A program made the position numbers and the translations under genes. DNA of 64,000 nucleotides from Anaerohalosphaeraceae bacterium (GTDB taxonomy: Bacteria > Planctomycetota > Phycisphaerae > Sedimentisphaerales > Anaerohalosphaeraceae): contig CAXXSL010000008.1 in assembly GCA_963675525.2 (NCBI GenBank), forward strand, positions 160,001 through 224,000, in the 5' to 3' direction. This document shows, piece by piece, positions 60,783 through 64,000 of this stretch (within the stretch, counting starts at the first letter, position 1; each line of letters begins with the position of its first letter). Below the pieces are notes generated by a model. The model saw only the letters and a program-made list of their open reading frames with translations, ran no database searches and was not told the DNA's origin.

Positions 60783-61409
60783 TTAGTTGAGCAGGGTCTT
60801 GGCGATATCGACCGCCGTTGCCGCATCGGCTGCGTAGCCGTCGGCGCCGATCTTGTCGGCGTATGCCTGAGTCACCGGAGCCCCACCGATCATCGTCTTA
60901 ACGGATAAGCCCGCATCTTTAATCGCGCGAATGGTTTTTTCCATCGCGGGCATAGTCGTCGTCAGCAAGGCACTGAGACCCACCACCTGAGCGCCGCTTT
61001 CTTTGGTTTTTTGTACAAAGATTTCCGGCGAGACATCCGTTCCCAAATCCACCACGTCGAAACCGGCACCTTTGAGCATCATCATCACCAGGTTTTTGCC
61101 GATATCATGGAGGTCGCCTTGAACCGTTCCGATCAAGGCTTTGCCAATCGGCTCTACGCCGGCCTCAACCAGCTTCGGCGCCAATACTTCCATCGCCATC
61201 TTCATCGCACGTGCCGCGATCAGCACTTCGGGAATGTACACTTCGTTGGCTTTAAACCGGACACCGATCACATTCATCCCAGCGATCAGGCCGTCAGCAA
61301 GAATCAATCCCGGTTCCATTCCCTCGTCTAACGCTGCCTTCGTGACATCCACAGCCGTTTTTTGATCTCCTTTGATAATCGCATCGCTCAACGTTTTCAA
61401 ATCTGCCAT
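60783..61409 (-). CDS. Methyltransferase-cognate corrinoid (B12-binding) protein
   Basis: IPEVLIAARAM cap; GDLHDIGKN, SALLTTTM, GGAP, GADGY. Confidence 0.93.
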   Translation of the reverse strand: MADLKTLSDAIIKGDQKTAVDVTKAALDEGMEPGLILADGLIAGMNVIGVRFKANEVYIPEVLIAARAMKMAMEVLAPKLVEAGVEPIGKALIGTVQGDLHDIGKNLVMMMLKGAGFDVVDLGTDVSPEIFVQKTKESGAQVVGLSALLTTTMPAMEKTIRAIKDAGLSVKTMIGGAPVTQAYADKIGADGYAADAATAVDIAKTLLN

Positions 61410-61562
61410 TTTTCACCTCATTGTTTTCGCTTAACTGTAGGGTTAATCGTTATTTCCGCCTTTTCTTTTAGCTATTTGAGGGGGAAAAATCAAGTTTTTT
61501 GCAGAGATTCAGTGAGAATCGACCAAAAAACAATAAAATTTGATAATTTTATGCTACTTTTA

Positions 61563-61704
61563 GGGGGTTGTCGTGTGTTGGCAGGCCTAATGGCAACCTG
61601 AGTCGCTGTCTGTAATACCCAGACAGCAACGCTGTCAGACAATGCAGAAACGCTTGCTATCCTCCGTCTATGCGAAAACGGCAAGTGTGACTGACCTTTT
61701 TTTT
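61563..61704 (+). ncRNA. Candidate structured ncRNA of about 140 nt
   Basis: 5' and 3' ends pair with G-U wobbles; internal hairpins; T8 end. Confidence 0.4.
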
Positions 61705-61706
61705 GT

Positions 61707-62078
61707 TTAGTCGTCCGTTTCCTTCTCACAGGGCTTCGATTCAGGCAGCGGCGGCGGAGACGGCGGGTTTTCCGCCAGTATCATCAAGGCCTCTTCCCGG
61801 GCAGATTCACTGCCTAAAAAATGTATTGCCTCAATCAAATGCAGGCGGGCCTCAGGTGAAAGGCCGGGACGATGAGCAATCGCTCTAAGGACATTCAGCC
61901 TTGCCGATTCGGAACCAAGCATTTTCACCGCATCAATCTCTGCAATTGTTGAATCAAGTTCCAGATGCTGCATGTTTTTAGGGCTTTGGCAGCCATCACC
62001 TTTGATCGATACAATACATCCCCCTGCTGCCGCTGCAACAGTCACACATAAAATCACCATCAACAGCTTTCTTTTCAT
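61707..62078 (-). CDS. Hypothetical lipoprotein
   Basis: AGGC lipobox-like signal; internal LGSESAR repeat. Confidence 0.7.
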   Translation of the reverse strand: MKRKLLMVILCVTVAAAAGGCIVSIKGDGCQSPKNMQHLELDSTIAEIDAVKMLGSESARLNVLRAIAHRPGLSPEARLHLIEAIHFLGSESAREEALMILAENPPSPPPLPESKPCEKETDD

Positions 62079-62198
62079 GTCTTTTCCCTTCTAACGAGTT
62101 AATAAACAATTATTCAATGACGATATTATAATGACGAAAGTCAAATAGAAATGTTACAAGAAAATGATTATTTTGAAAACAAATTTCTAAAAAAAGAC

Positions 62199-62579
62199 TC
62201 AAATCCCCAACGACTGGACTTGATTCATCAAATAACTGTACATGCCGACCATTGCATAGCAAAGCCCGATTGTCAGGACGACCATACCGACCGTCACAAC
62301 TGCTTTGACGGTCAGACTATATCGTGGGTTTGTCCAGACCATCGGCAGTGCCAGCGGCCCCAGCGTCAGCAGAGAGATAACGATCGTCGCTGTGGATTGA
62401 TACCATTTACCGCCGGATTTCGGGGTAGATGGGGAGGGTCTGCCATTCAGAAATTCTCCGCAATGGCGGCATTTGATGGCCTCGGCCAAAATCCGTTCGG
62501 CACAAAAAGGACATTTTTTTGTTTCTTCCTGCGGCATAACAGCATCCATTTCTACCGGCTCATCAAATGACGTTCGCAT
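62199..62579 (-). CDS. Zinc-ribbon membrane protein
   Basis: KKCPFCAE.I..EAIKCRHCGE plus two TM helices. Confidence 0.8.
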   Translation of the reverse strand: MRTSFDEPVEMDAVMPQEETKKCPFCAERILAEAIKCRHCGEFLNGRPSPSTPKSGGKWYQSTATIVISLLTLGPLALPMVWTNPRYSLTVKAVVTVGMVVLTIGLCYAMVGMYSYLMNQVQSLGI

Positions 62580-62651
62580 AATACTCTCCAGAATAAGATA
62601 ATACTATTGTATCGTCATATCGAGCGTGTGAATATAGCTGAAAAAGTAAAT

Positions 62652-64000
62652 CTATTTATCCGTCAGCCAGTTAGGTCCGATAGAAACATCAACTTTGAGC
62701 GGCACATCCAGCTTGATTGCGCCGGTCATCGCTTCGGTGATCCAGACAGTGTGTTTTTCGGCCTCGGCCTTCGGCAACTCGAAGACCAGTTCGTCATGGA
62801 TCTGCAGGATCATCTTGACCGGCAGATTCTCCATTTCGATGCGTTTTTGGATATTGATCATCGCGACCTTGATCAAGTCGGCCGCCGAGCCCTGGATGAC
62901 AGTATTGATGGTCAGGCGTTCGGCTTGTGATCGCATGTTGAAATTCTTGCTGTTGAGGCCGTCGATCGGACGCCGCCGATGCAGGATCGTTTCGGCGTAT
63001 CCCATATTCTTCGCTTTATGGATGATGTCGTCCATAAAGCCGCGAATGGACGGATAGCGGTCAAAGTAATCGGTGATAAACTGCTTGGCTTCGGCCTGTG
63101 TGATGCCGATGGCTTTGGCCAATCCGAACGGCCCCTGCCCGTAAATGATACCGAAGTTGACGCCCTTGGCCTTGCCGCGCATTTCGCTGGTAACCTCATC
63201 CGGCGGCACACCATACACCTGTGAGGCCACGAATCGGTGAATGTCCTGGTCTTCGGCAAACGCTTTTAACAAAGCTTTGTCTTTGGAAAAGTGAGCCAGC
63301 AAACGTAATTCGATTTGGGAATAATCGGCGCTGAGAATACAGCCGGATTTGTCGGCTGGGATGAAAGCCGCCCGAATTTCCCGCCCCATCTCGGTTCGTA
63401 CGGGGATATTCTGCAGGTTCGGGTCAGACGATGACAGCCGCCCCGTGGCCGTAACGGTCTGGTTAAACGACGCGTGGACGCGATTGGTTCGCGGGTTAAT
63501 CAACTGACCCAGTTTGTCGGTATAGGTGTTCTTGAGTTTGACAATCTGGCGGTATTCAATCAGCAGCGGAACAATTTCGTGAGCATCCTTCAACTGGTCC
63601 AGAACACCCGCATCCGTGCTGCGCTGGGTCTTTTTGTTTTTAACACTTTCCAGCCCCAGCCGGTCGAAGAGGATTTCGCCGAGTTGTTTGGGCGAATCAA
63701 TATTGAACGGCTGACCGGCTAATGCGTAAATCTTGTCGGTCAGTTCGTCAACCGTTTCGCTCATGGTGTTAGACATCTTGCGCAACAGCGCGATATCCAG
63801 CGAAACGCCGTGAGCTTCCATGCGTGCCAGTACTTCGACCAGCGGCATTTCCACCGTTTCGAACAACTGTTGAATATCGCCCATCGCGTTGAGCCGCTTG
63901 GACAGATACTCGTACAGCCGCCATGTGACGTCGGCATCTTCGGCGGCATATTCACACGCCGCGGCAGTATCGACCCTGTCAAAGGTCAGTTGATTTTTAC
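62652..64000 (-). CDS. polA: DNA polymerase I (C-terminal part; 5' end outside the window)
   Basis: TGRLSSSDPNLQNIP, ADYSQIELR, AKGVNFGIIYG, QGSAAD, QIHDEL. Confidence 0.97.
   Translation of the reverse strand, partial: KNQLTFDRVDTAAACEYAAEDADVTWRLYEYLSKRLNAMGDIQQLFETVEMPLVEVLARMEAHGVSLDIALLRKMSNTMSETVDELTDKIYALAGQPFNIDSPKQLGEILFDRLGLESVKNKKTQRSTDAGVLDQLKDAHEIVPLLIEYRQIVKLKNTYTDKLGQLINPRTNRVHASFNQTVTATGRLSSSDPNLQNIPVRTEMGREIRAAFIPADKSGCILSADYSQIELRLLAHFSKDKALLKAFAEDQDIHRFVASQVYGVPPDEVTSEMRGKAKGVNFGIIYGQGPFGLAKAIGITQAEAKQFITDYFDRYPSIRGFMDDIIHKAKNMGYAETILHRRRPIDGLNSKNFNMRSQAERLTINTVIQGSAADLIKVAMINIQKRIEMENLPVKMILQIHDELVFELPKAEAEKHTVWITEAMTGAIKLDVPLKVDVSIGPNWLTDK

Noticed and set aside
60515..60826. 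Small minus-strand ORF with AAGGAGG, as a possible type I toxin
   Set aside because: The RBS is about 1 nt from the ATG, the peptide is not hydrophobic and the ORF crosses a terminator.
61410..61704. Cobalamin or SAM-I riboswitch upstream of the corrinoid protein
   Set aside because: The conserved cores are missing and the G-U pairing favours the opposite strand.

Overview
A 64-kb chromosomal window from an anaerobic, diderm bacterium. PEP-CTERM proteins, secreted proteins with dockerin-like '...WL' modules and a multi-HTH sigma-70 point to Planctomycetota, probably Phycisphaerae (inference). Housekeeping content: guaBA, recQ, hisA, arfB, queC/queF, thiFSGH under a TPP riboswitch, SRP RNA-dnaX-recR-rpoN, proC and a partial polA. 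Accessory content: three tandem PEP-CTERM genes, three modular pectate lyases, an aryl-acid salvage cluster (symporter, porin, iorAB, 2x paaK/ACT) and a Tat-exported Gfo/Idh/MocA-DUF1080-TIM barrel operon. Strongest unexplained signals: (1) a REP-associated tyrosine transposase (RAYT) with three copies of its repeat, two of which form a perfect 28-bp inverted pair tightly enclosing an orphan Rhs toxin tip and immunity gene; (2) a GxxExxY gene bracketed by 32-bp inverted repeats inside an operon; (3) several candidate ncRNAs or RNA switches. No CRISPR array, rRNA or tRNA was seen. Family assignments come from motif recognition only; no searches were run.
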